This document shows positions 30,214-38,379 of a stretch of 64,000 nt of DNA, one piece after another (the first letter of the stretch is position 1; each line of letters opens with the position of its first letter). Under the pieces are notes generated by a model that saw only the letters and a program-made list of their open reading frames with translations, had not been told where the DNA came from and did not search any database. A program made the position numbers and the translations under genes. The stretch covers positions 17,924 to 81,923 of the forward strand of contig JAQBRL010000016.1 in NCBI GenBank assembly GCA_028286525.1, read 5' to 3'. Origin of the DNA: Parcubacteria group bacterium (lineage in GTDB: Bacteria > Patescibacteriota > Minisyncoccia > Phycocordibacterales > Phycocordibacteraceae).

Positions 30214-30633
30214 ATGGAGTACCAGGTACCGCAGTTCATCGAGGTCGAAGATAAGATATTCGGTCCGTTCACGCTCAAGCAGTTCATCTATCTCGCCGGT
30301 GGGGGAGGGCTTACGGCCATCATCATCCTGTACGTGCGGCCGCTCGTGCTTACCTTCGTACTTATCGCTCCGGTTCTCGCGCTTACCGGCGCGCTGGCGT
30401 TCTATCGGATGAACAACAAGTCGTTCATCGAGCTGCTCGAAGCGGGTTTTAACTACTACACCAAGGGCAGGCTCTATCTCTGGAAGAAGGAGGAAGCCGT
30501 CGAGATGCCGGTGGCCGCAGCGCCCGTCGTGGAAACACGCCAGAAACTAGGCCTTTCCCGTGGCCGGCTCCACGACTTAGCATGGTCGCTCGATATCAAG
30601 GACCAGAAAGCGGGAGAGGAATCCCAACCGTAA
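30214..30633 (+). CDS. VirB3/PrgI-like small two-helix membrane protein
   Basis: 139 aa; two adjacent TM helices (GGGGLTAIIILYV..LIAPVLALTGALAFY); position directly upstream of VirB4-like genes matches conserved VirB3-VirB4 synteny. Confidence 0.45.
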   Translation: MEYQVPQFIEVEDKIFGPFTLKQFIYLAGGGGLTAIIILYVRPLVLTFVLIAPVLALTGALAFYRMNNKSFIELLEAGFNYYTKGRLYLWKKEEAVEMPVAAAPVVETRQKLGLSRGRLHDLAWSLDIKDQKAGEESQP

Positions 30634-30636
30634 TAT

Positions 30637-31284
30637 ATGGCAGTCCCGCAACCCACCCAGGCATTCGTGCCCGTCAAAGAAGTCCGCAACGGCATCGTCA
30701 TCCTCAAGGAGGACGGATATCGCGGCATCATGATGTGCTCCGCCATGAACTTCGCGCTTAAATCGGAAGATGAGCAGACGGCCATCATCCGAGGGTTCCA
30801 GTCCTTCCTGAATACGCTCGATTTCTCGGTCGAGGTGGTCGTGCACTCCCGGAAAATGGACATTCGTCCGTACCTGGCACTCCTCGAGGAGCGGCTCGAT
30901 GCGCAACAGAGCGAGCTCATGCGTATCCAGCTGCGCGAATACATACAATTCATCAAAGGATTCATGGACTCCACCGAAATAATGACCAAGCTCTTCTACA
31001 CAGTGGTGCCGTACAGCCCTGCACTCGGTCTCAAAGTCGCTCAGTCGTTCCACGTGCCCGGTACGAAAAAAGCAACGGCGTCCGAGCAAGGGGATAATTT
31101 CGAGGAGGACCGCATTCAGCTCGAGCAGCGCATGGCGCTCGTCTCCGCAGGTCTTTCTTCCGCAGGCATCAGAGCGGTCGCGCTTTCGACCGAAGAGATA
31201 ATCGAGCTTCTGTACCGGTCGTTCAATATCGGCCAGCTTGAAAGCCCCATCCATCTGGACGGCGGGGCTCCGTCACGCACCTAA
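30637..31284 (+). CDS. VirB4-like protein, N-terminal domain fragment
   Basis: 215 aa; N-terminus PVKEVRNGIVILKEDGYRGIMMCSAMNFALKSEDEQTAIIRGFQSFLNTL resembles the start of Gram-positive VirB4 (PrgJ/TcpF-type) proteins; in the same frame as next ORF, separated by one TAA. Confidence 0.5.
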   Translation: MAVPQPTQAFVPVKEVRNGIVILKEDGYRGIMMCSAMNFALKSEDEQTAIIRGFQSFLNTLDFSVEVVVHSRKMDIRPYLALLEERLDAQQSELMRIQLREYIQFIKGFMDSTEIMTKLFYTVVPYSPALGLKVAQSFHVPGTKKATASEQGDNFEEDRIQLEQRMALVSAGLSSAGIRAVALSTEEIIELLYRSFNIGQLESPIHLDGGAPSRT

Positions 31285-31287
31285 TCT

Positions 31288-33111
31288 ATGGCTCTTCTCG
31301 ACTTCCTCTCTCGTAATAAAAAGGAGACCACGGCCATTACGCCGGTGCTTCCGAAAGATATCTATGCGCAGGGCGCGCTCGATCTTGCCGACGCCATAGC
31401 GCCCGCGGCGCTCAAGGTCAGCTCCAAGGAAATAGAGCTCGGGGAGAAATTCTCGCGTTCCTTCTACACTATTTCCTATCCGCGCTTCCTGAGCGATGGG
31501 TGGTTCATGGAGATCATCAACCTTTCGCGCGAACTCGATGTCGGTCTCTTCGTGCATCCCATCGAGACGGGGTCGGCGCTGCGGGGTTTCCAGAAGAAAG
31601 TGGCGGAAGTGCAGAGCCAGATAAGCGAACGGGAAGAGAAGGGGCTCGTGCGCGACCCGCTCTTAGATACCGCGTATCAGGACCTCGAGACCTTGCGCGA
31701 CAATCTCCAGCAGGCGCAGGAGAAGCTCTTCGATGTGGGTCTCTATCTCACGCTCTACGGCAATACGAAAGAGGAGCTCGATAAGATAGAAGGGGAGGTG
31801 CGCGGCATCCTCGACGCGAAGCTGGTATACACGAAGCCCGCGCTCTTCCAGCAGGAGCAGGGCTTCCGCTCCACGCTTCCGCTCGCGCTCGATGAGCTCT
31901 CGGTCAATTCAAAGCTCAATTCCGGGCCGCTTTCCTCCATTTTCCCCTTCGTCTCCTTCGACCTCACGAGCGATCGCGGCATCCTCTTCGGCATCAACCG
32001 CCACAACTCCTCGCTTATCCTCTTCGATCGCTTCTCGCTCGAGAACTACAACTCGGTGGTCTTCGCCAAATCCGGTTCCGGCAAATCCTATGCGGTGAAG
32101 CTCGAGATACTGCGCTCCTTGATGTTCGATACGGATGTCATCGTTATCGATCCGGAGCAGGAGTACTCCTATCTCGCCGAAGCGACCGGCGGCCGCACCT
32201 TCAATATTTCGCTTTCGAGCGAGCACCACATCAATCCGTTCGATCTCCCGCCGGTGAAGGATGATGAGGAACCAGGCGATATCCTGCGCTCCAACATCAT
32301 CAACCTCGTCGGGCTGTTCCGGCTCATGCTCGGCGGCCTCACGCCGGAGGAGGACGCCATCGTCGACCGCGCCATCACGGAAACGTACGCCCTGAAGGAC
32401 ATCACGGGCGACAGCGATTTCACGGGAGTCGAGCCGCCGCTCCTCTCCGACTTCGAGCAGGTCCTTTCCGGCATGGAAGGGAGCGAATCCATCGTGACGC
32501 GTCTATCGAAATACACGCATGGCACCTGGGCCGGATTCATCAATCGTCCGACGAACATCGATATCAATAAGCAGTTCATCGTGTTTTCCGTACGCGATAT
32601 GGAGGACGAGCTCAAACCCATCGCGATGTACATCATCACGCACTACATCTGGAACGCCGTGCGTCACGAGCTCAAGAAACGCCTGCTCGTCATCGACGAA
32701 GCGTGGTGGATGATGAAGTCGGAGGATACGGCCTCCTTCCTCTACAGCATGGCCAAGCGCGGTCGTAAGTATTTCCTCGGCCTCGCCACCATCACGCAGG
32801 ACGTGGAAGACTTCCTCAGCAGTCCGTACGGTCGTCCTATCCTCACCAACTCGAGCATCCAGCTGCTGCTCAAGCAATCGCCGACCACCATCAACGTCCT
32901 CAAGGATACCTTCAACCTTACGGACCAAGAAAAATTCCTCTTGCTCGAGTCGGGAGTAGGCGAAGGGCTTTTCTTCGCGGGACTGAAGCACGTCGCCATC
33001 AAGATAGTGGCGTCCTACACCGAAGACCAGATCATCACCTCGGACCCGTCGCAGCTGCTGGCCATCAAACGCGAGAAGGATCGGCTGGAAAGCACTGGCA
33101 CCAGTGCCTAG
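31288..33111 (+). CDS. VirB4/TraC-like conjugal-transfer-type ATPase (C-terminal portion)
   Basis: 607 aa; Walker A AKSGSGKS, Walker B LLVIDEAWWM, GLATITQ motif; AAA-like DUF87-type fold typical of VirB4. Confidence 0.75.
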   Translation: MALLDFLSRNKKETTAITPVLPKDIYAQGALDLADAIAPAALKVSSKEIELGEKFSRSFYTISYPRFLSDGWFMEIINLSRELDVGLFVHPIETGSALRGFQKKVAEVQSQISEREEKGLVRDPLLDTAYQDLETLRDNLQQAQEKLFDVGLYLTLYGNTKEELDKIEGEVRGILDAKLVYTKPALFQQEQGFRSTLPLALDELSVNSKLNSGPLSSIFPFVSFDLTSDRGILFGINRHNSSLILFDRFSLENYNSVVFAKSGSGKSYAVKLEILRSLMFDTDVIVIDPEQEYSYLAEATGGRTFNISLSSEHHINPFDLPPVKDDEEPGDILRSNIINLVGLFRLMLGGLTPEEDAIVDRAITETYALKDITGDSDFTGVEPPLLSDFEQVLSGMEGSESIVTRLSKYTHGTWAGFINRPTNIDINKQFIVFSVRDMEDELKPIAMYIITHYIWNAVRHELKKRLLVIDEAWWMMKSEDTASFLYSMAKRGRKYFLGLATITQDVEDFLSSPYGRPILTNSSIQLLLKQSPTTINVLKDTFNLTDQEKFLLLESGVGEGLFFAGLKHVAIKIVASYTEDQIITSDPSQLLAIKREKDRLESTGTSA

Positions 33112-33114
33112 CGC

Positions 33115-33606
33115 ATGGCTATGGCGGCTTCTTCCTCCACCGCGCCGGTACCGTATCGAGTGAACAACGTGCAGGAGTTCCTCTTGAAAGGGTCTGCCTG
33201 CGTTCTCTACGTCATCCAGTTGATCCTGATGCTGACCTTGGTGGGGGAAGTCGGGACCGAGGTGATCGGACTCGTGGGAGATATCCTTTATATCGTGTGG
33301 TTCTGGCTCCTGGGAGTCAATTACTTCGGAGGTAATTCCCATAGCAAGCTCATGACGCTCGTGACGAATTCCGTGCTGGAAACCGTTCCATTCGTGAACG
33401 GCATCTATCCTGGCTTCTGCGTAGAAGTCTGGCGACTCGTTGCCATCATGAAGAAGGAGGATGAGGAAAAGCACGCGCTGCGCCAGAAAAAAATAGATAA
33501 AGCGGAAGCGGCGCAGGCTCAGCAACGCGCACGTGCAGTAGCGATACGGGCCCAAAGAATCGCGGCGAATGATGCCGAGGCAGCGGCAGAGGCGCAGGCA
33601 GCCTGA
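33115..33606 (+). CDS. small membrane protein with two TM helices and Ala/Gln coiled-coil tail
   Basis: 163 aa; hydrophobic hairpin LYVIQLILMLTLVG / ILYIVWFWLLGV; possible VirB2/VirB3-like. Confidence 0.4.
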   Translation: MAMAASSSTAPVPYRVNNVQEFLLKGSACVLYVIQLILMLTLVGEVGTEVIGLVGDILYIVWFWLLGVNYFGGNSHSKLMTLVTNSVLETVPFVNGIYPGFCVEVWRLVAIMKKEDEEKHALRQKKIDKAEAAQAQQRARAVAIRAQRIAANDAEAAAEAQAA

Positions 33607-33636
33607 ATACCCAGTACCCTCCGCTTCCCACGAGCG

Positions 33637-34632
33637 ATGGGGCGGTATACTAAAACCATGTATCGCGTGGTGTTCCTAGCCGCTCTCTTCTCGCTCGCGG
33701 GCATTCTTCCTGCGCATGCGCAATTCGCTTCGAGTGATCCGCTTACGGTGACGGTATCGCCCGATACTCCGCGTCCCTACGAGACGGTGACCGTAACGCC
33801 CAGCAGCACGCTTATCGATCTATCTGCCGCTAAGATAACGGTTTCGGTCAACGGAAGGGTGGTCGAGAGCGGTGGAGTGCAAAGCGTGCCTGTCACCGTC
33901 GCAGGACCCGGTGGGACCACCTCGATAACCGTGACTGCGGTCGCTTCCGGACAAACGTATACCCAAACGATAACGCTGCACCCCGCTGATGTGGCGCTCG
34001 TGGTCGAGCCGGTCTCGACCACGCATCCGTTCTATTTGGGAGGCGCCCTTACCGCGCCGGTAGGCGTAGTACGGGTCATTGCCATACCGGATCTGCGCAC
34101 CAGCACGAACGCCCGGCTGAGCTCCTCCGCACTCGTGTACAACTGGAAGTGGGGCGACAAGGTGCTCACTGACCAGTCCGGCATCGGTCGGTCCATCCTC
34201 ACCGCAACGGCGCCGGTGCAGTACCGTGACGCGCAGATAACCTGTACGGTCACCAGCCAAGACGGTTCCCTCGTCGCCCAAGCATCCACCGTCATCAGCC
34301 CCGCAAGCGCAATCGTCCGAGTATATCCTGTGGATCCGTTGCGGGGACCGGATTTCGACCACGCGCTTCCGGCGAGCTTTTCCATGAGTACAGAGGAGCA
34401 GGCGTTCCGTGCCGTCGCGTACTTCTTCGGCAGCACACCATCGCTCGCGTGGGCAGTGAATGGCGCGTCGGCAAGCAACGACCAGGATGTGACGGTACGC
34501 ACGACCGGCACCGGGCAGGGGACCGCATCGCTCTCTCTTACCGCTTCAAGCGCTGACACGAGCCAGAGCGCTTCGTCCGAGCTTTCTATCAATTTCGGAG
34601 CGAAGAAGGCTTCTAATATATTCGGCTTCTAA
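33637..34632 (+). CDS. secreted hypothetical protein (beta-rich)
   Basis: 331 aa; signal peptide ending AHAQ; Thr/Val-rich Ig-like composition. Confidence 0.45.
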   Translation: MGRYTKTMYRVVFLAALFSLAGILPAHAQFASSDPLTVTVSPDTPRPYETVTVTPSSTLIDLSAAKITVSVNGRVVESGGVQSVPVTVAGPGGTTSITVTAVASGQTYTQTITLHPADVALVVEPVSTTHPFYLGGALTAPVGVVRVIAIPDLRTSTNARLSSSALVYNWKWGDKVLTDQSGIGRSILTATAPVQYRDAQITCTVTSQDGSLVAQASTVISPASAIVRVYPVDPLRGPDFDHALPASFSMSTEEQAFRAVAYFFGSTPSLAWAVNGASASNDQDVTVRTTGTGQGTASLSLTASSADTSQSASSELSINFGAKKASNIFGF

Positions 34633-34633
34633 T

Positions 34634-35533
34634 ATGCGTACGTATTTCTTCATCCTTGCCGCTCTCATCTTCCTTCCGCTCCTTACGCACGCACAGGGAA
34701 CGGATTTCATTCCGCTGACGAGCTTACCGGGCCTCGATAAGGTATCGAGCGCGAATTCGCTTGCACCCTTCCTCTCCGAAATCTACAAGATCTGCATCGG
34801 ACTCGCGGCAGTGCTCGCGGTACTGCAGATCATGCGCGCGGGCGTCATGTACATGGGAGGCGACAGCATTACCGAGAAGAAAGACGCTCGGGCGCTCATC
34901 GGCACCTCGCTTGCAGGCTTACTCCTCGTGCTTTCACCGGTCATCGTGTTCTCCATAATCAATCCGAACATCCTGAAGCTTGATATCAGTGCAGGAAACT
35001 TGCAGAGCTCGACGGCAGGGGGCGGAGCTAATGCTGGCTCGTCCGCTTCGCCTGGCTCGACTGCGTCTACGCAATCACCTAATCCAGCGGTTACTGCAGC
35101 CATCTGCAACGCAGCCACCATAAAGAAAGCGGTGGTGCTCGCTTCCGGCCAAACCTGCGAGCAAAAATTCGGTACCGGCTACGCGAAGATCGACCCCCAG
35201 TGCTGCTCGGATTACTCATCCGGCGCGAGTTGTTGCGGCTACGATCCTAAGAACGACCAGACGGTCGCGCCGGGGCCTAATTTAAGCGCTACGGCGAGCT
35301 ACTCCATTTCCTTCCAAGACAAGGATGCGGTCGGGAAAGCGTGCGTCACTACGGATGATAGGGGTAATTACGATAGCCTCTCGAGCTGCCAGAGCGCCTT
35401 CGCGAGCGAAACGCAAACCTTGCGGAGCAGGGGATCCATATTCGCCGTGGGCAAGATCTGCAGCGAGGCAAGCCAGCACACGCCGACACCCGTAGATATA
35501 TGGAATAAGATCCGGCCGCTTCCTGCTTGCTAA
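34634..35533 (+). CDS. VirB2/TrbC-like pilin candidate with Cys-rich C-terminal domain
   Basis: signal peptide (LLTHAQG), then two about 20-aa hydrophobic helices separated by a short charged loop, then about 150 aa with 10 Cys. Confidence 0.35.
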   Translation: MRTYFFILAALIFLPLLTHAQGTDFIPLTSLPGLDKVSSANSLAPFLSEIYKICIGLAAVLAVLQIMRAGVMYMGGDSITEKKDARALIGTSLAGLLLVLSPVIVFSIINPNILKLDISAGNLQSSTAGGGANAGSSASPGSTASTQSPNPAVTAAICNAATIKKAVVLASGQTCEQKFGTGYAKIDPQCCSDYSSGASCCGYDPKNDQTVAPGPNLSATASYSISFQDKDAVGKACVTTDDRGNYDSLSSCQSAFASETQTLRSRGSIFAVGKICSEASQHTPTPVDIWNKIRPLPAC

Positions 35534-35537
35534 TACC

Positions 35538-36776
35538 ATGAAACGCATCCTCCTTATCGCTGCAGCAGTCCTCGTCCTGATCGGTATCGGCGTGGGGATC
35601 TATTTCTATTTCTTCGCGCGCACCGCCACGCTTACGGTGGGGCAGGCCGGTAGCTTGCCGAGCGCCGGTACGGGGGCCATCGATACGTCAGCCGGCACTC
35701 CCTCCACGCAATCGCTCGGGGTTGCGGTGCCGGGAGCGGGTACGGACGTGGCACCTCGATTAGTGCGCATCACCGATAGACCCGTAGCGCTCGGGAGCGT
35801 CGCGGTATATGTACCGCGCCAGAAAATAGGAGCGTCCACCGCAAGCACGACCGCCACCTATACCGACCCCGAGGTGCGCGTGGAGTATATCGAACGCGAG
35901 AGCGGGAATATCTATGCGTATCAAGCGCACGCACGCACGCTGGTACGTCTTTCGAACAAAACGCTTCCGGGCGTCCAGGAAGCGAGCTGGCTCTCCGACG
36001 GATCGCTTGCCTATGTGCGGTTCCTCGAGAAGAACGGCACCACCGAACGTATCGATACGTATGCGCTCCCAGCCACTACCACGGCCGGCTATTTCCTCCA
36101 GCAGGATCTCTCCCAGGTACTGGTGCGCGCTACCAGCACGCTCGTGACGCTGCTTTCAACGAGCGGGGGTAGCTCCGCATCCATATCGACTCCTTCGGGA
36201 ACGGGGCTGCATACGCTTTTCACCACAGCTCTCTCTTCCATTCGCCTCGCGTTCTCGGGCGCTAACTATGTCGTCACCACCAAAGGCTCGGCGACCACGG
36301 ATGGCTACTCGTTCGTCGTCGACGGGAAGACAGGAGCCTTTACGCGCGCGCTCGGACCGCTACAAGGCCTCTCGACCCTTGCGAGTCCTTCGGGTAAGTA
36401 CCTCCTGTACAGCTATCTGGCTAACGGAAAGCTTGCGCTTGCGTTCCTCGACCTCTCCACGCATGTGGCAACACGGCTTCCGCTTTCAACGCTTCCCGAG
36501 AAATGCGTATGGATGACCGACGATAGTGCGGTCTACTGCGGAGTGCCCACCACGTTCTCAGGGACGCTTCCGGACGACTGGTATCAAGGCGCGGTCTCGT
36601 TCAGTGATCGGATCTGGAAAATAGATCTTGCGGGACGGGTCGCCACGCTCGTCATCGATCCGAAGCAGGCGGGGAACGTAGACGTTGATGCCGTCGGGCT
36701 CTCGCTCGATTCCGCGAACGATATTCTCCTGTTCACGAACAAGCGCGATAGTCTCCTCTACGCCTACGACCTCTAG
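35538..36776 (+). CDS. membrane-anchored protein with beta-propeller-like repeats
   Basis: 412 aa; N-terminal TM LLIAAAVLVLIGIGVGIYFYFF; TolB-like repeat composition; last gene of operon. Confidence 0.4.
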   Translation: MKRILLIAAAVLVLIGIGVGIYFYFFARTATLTVGQAGSLPSAGTGAIDTSAGTPSTQSLGVAVPGAGTDVAPRLVRITDRPVALGSVAVYVPRQKIGASTASTTATYTDPEVRVEYIERESGNIYAYQAHARTLVRLSNKTLPGVQEASWLSDGSLAYVRFLEKNGTTERIDTYALPATTTAGYFLQQDLSQVLVRATSTLVTLLSTSGGSSASISTPSGTGLHTLFTTALSSIRLAFSGANYVVTTKGSATTDGYSFVVDGKTGAFTRALGPLQGLSTLASPSGKYLLYSYLANGKLALAFLDLSTHVATRLPLSTLPEKCVWMTDDSAVYCGVPTTFSGTLPDDWYQGAVSFSDRIWKIDLAGRVATLVIDPKQAGNVDVDAVGLSLDSANDILLFTNKRDSLLYAYDL

Positions 36777-36777
36777 G

Positions 36778-36901
36778 AGAACAAGTTAAAATCTTTATCT
36801 GCGTTGTTATGGGTCCCAGCAGGTTTCTCCACCGTACTCAGAGTACGTCTACGAAACCTGCTTCCCCATGCCTAGCAGCTAAAAGATTTTTCCCTTGTTC
36901 T
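36778..36901. other. long nested imperfect hairpin between convergent genes (complex terminator or structured RNA)
   Basis: paired arms AGAACAAG/CTTGTTCT, AAAATCTTT/AAAGATTTT, AGCAGGTTTC/GAAACCTGCT and inner GTACTC-A-GAGTAC; about 120 nt, AT-richer than flanks. Confidence 0.35.
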
Positions 36902-37634
36902 ACAAACTAACTGGAGCGATTTTTGTCTTTCCGCGACGCACGACGAATTCTTGTACGAGAGCGACGATGTTGCTCGTAATGAAATAGAGCGCGATGGCGC
37001 CGGAAGCGTACGCGACGATACCGATGATGATGGGGAGCATGAAGCGCGCTTGGAGCGCCATGGTGCGCGCGAAGTCCGCACCGGGCGAGCCGCCTACTTC
37101 AGCGGAAGCCGGAGGAACCGGAATGGCGTACCACGCCTGCGCGAGCTGGGTAAGTCCCGCGAGTATGGCGAGCGGGATATTGTGCGCGGTAATGATCAGA
37201 AGGCCGAGGAACAGGGGAGAGACGAGCGCGGGAGCGTGCACGAACGAATACAGTAGCGAGGGATCGATCTTCGGGAGAGCTTCCGTACGGAATACCCAAT
37301 ACAAACCGATGATGATGGGGAGCTGGATGAAGATGGTCAGGAATCCTGCTGCCGGATGCACGTCGTATTTTTTATAGAGCGCCATCATTTCGCTCATTTG
37401 CTTCTCCTTATCCTCCTTATACGTCTCTCGAATCGCTTTCATCTCGGGATCCATCGCCTTCATCGCCTTTTGCGCTCGCGCAGCACTCATGGAAAGCGGC
37501 CAAAGAATGAGCTTAACGATGAGGGTCGCACCGATGATGGCGAGTCCGATATCCCCTCCTGGTATAACGGACACGAGGAACACGAGAAGGTTGTAGATCG
37601 GCACATACAGAATGGTGTGGAAGAAATTTCCCAT
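36900..37634 (-). CDS. yidC: membrane protein insertase YidC (short form)
   Basis: 244 aa; five TM helices, conserved YidC/Oxa1 core; downstream of rnpA. Confidence 0.85.
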   Translation of the reverse strand: MGNFFHTILYVPIYNLLVFLVSVIPGGDIGLAIIGATLIVKLILWPLSMSAARAQKAMKAMDPEMKAIRETYKEDKEKQMSEMMALYKKYDVHPAAGFLTIFIQLPIIIGLYWVFRTEALPKIDPSLLYSFVHAPALVSPLFLGLLIITAHNIPLAILAGLTQLAQAWYAIPVPPASAEVGGSPGADFARTMALQARFMLPIIIGIVAYASGAIALYFITSNIVALVQEFVVRRGKTKIAPVSL

Positions 37635-37645
37635 GTCGCTATACC

Positions 37646-37963
37646 TTATACCTTCGGCAGGCTTGTGAGAAGGTCACCGAGCTCGCGCGCCAGGGTTCGA
37701 TAGGGAAGGGCAAGGCTTCCTGCGCGCGCATACATCACGAACGAACGCCCGGAGAGCACGTGCGGAGACGCTACGGCGAGCATGCGGCGCTTCAGGAGAT
37801 GCCGGTCCACCGCTCGTTTGGCGGTTTTCTTTGAAACCACCGCTGCAGCACGGCCCTCCACGCTCGGGGCTACCGTAACGGAAAAATGCGCCGATAGGGC
37901 GCGTTTTCCTGCTATGACCGGGCCGAACGTCGCCCGGGTGAGGCGCTTCGGACGAGGGAGCAT
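37646..37963 (-). CDS. rnpA: RNase P protein component
   Basis: 105 aa MLPRPKRLTRATF...VVSKKTAKRAVDRHLLKRR; ATG lies 2 nt downstream of the rpmH TAG stop (hand-annotated; ORF track merges it into a longer shadow frame). Confidence 0.8.
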   Translation of the reverse strand: MLPRPKRLTRATFGPVIAGKRALSAHFSVTVAPSVEGRAAAVVSKKTAKRAVDRHLLKRRMLAVASPHVLSGRSFVMYARAGSLALPYRTLARELGDLLTSLPKV

Positions 37964-37965
37964 GG

Positions 37966-38112
37966 CTATTCGGAGGAGACGGAGAGGCTCGAACGACCCT
38001 TGCGGCGGCGGCGCAAAAGCACGGCTTTGCCGCCGGGCGTAGCCGAACGGGCACGGAAACCGTGGGTCGTGGCGCGCTTCTTCTTCTTTGGCTGGTAGGT
38101 TCGCTTTGGCAT
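37966..38112 (-). CDS. rpmH: 50S ribosomal protein L34
   Basis: hand-translated 48 aa [48 protein letters not shown]; not in ORF track (below 60 aa). Confidence 0.85.
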   Translation of the reverse strand: MPKRTYQPKKKKRATTHGFRARSATPGGKAVLLRRRRKGRSSLSVSSE

Positions 38113-38201
38113 GGTGAATGATTGTCCGGTTGGGTAAGGCGGTAAGTAAGTCGTTCAGCGCGGTCTCGTGAGTAGGGTAGTCGGCGACAGGTCGGCAGGG
38201 G

Positions 38202-38210
38202 TTATCCACA
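38202..38210 (+). promoter_or_regulatory. consensus DnaA box TTATCCACA in rpmH/dnaA divergent region
   Basis: exact 9-mer seen; additional degenerate boxes in 38113..38379 and in dnaA-dnaN spacer (TGTTATCCC as reverse complement of GGGATAACA, TTATCCCC). Confidence 0.5.
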
Positions 38211-38379
38211 GGATAGTACCAGGTGAAGGGACCTGGGGCAAGAAACGGTTATTGGCAGGCGTGAGAATACGAGCAATATGGGGTAGTCCACCCATCCGTA
38301 CCACAAAGTCGGTCGATAAATCAATAGCGATTGCGGGCGATTGTACGGAAACTTCGCGCGTGGGTATACTAAGCGCACT

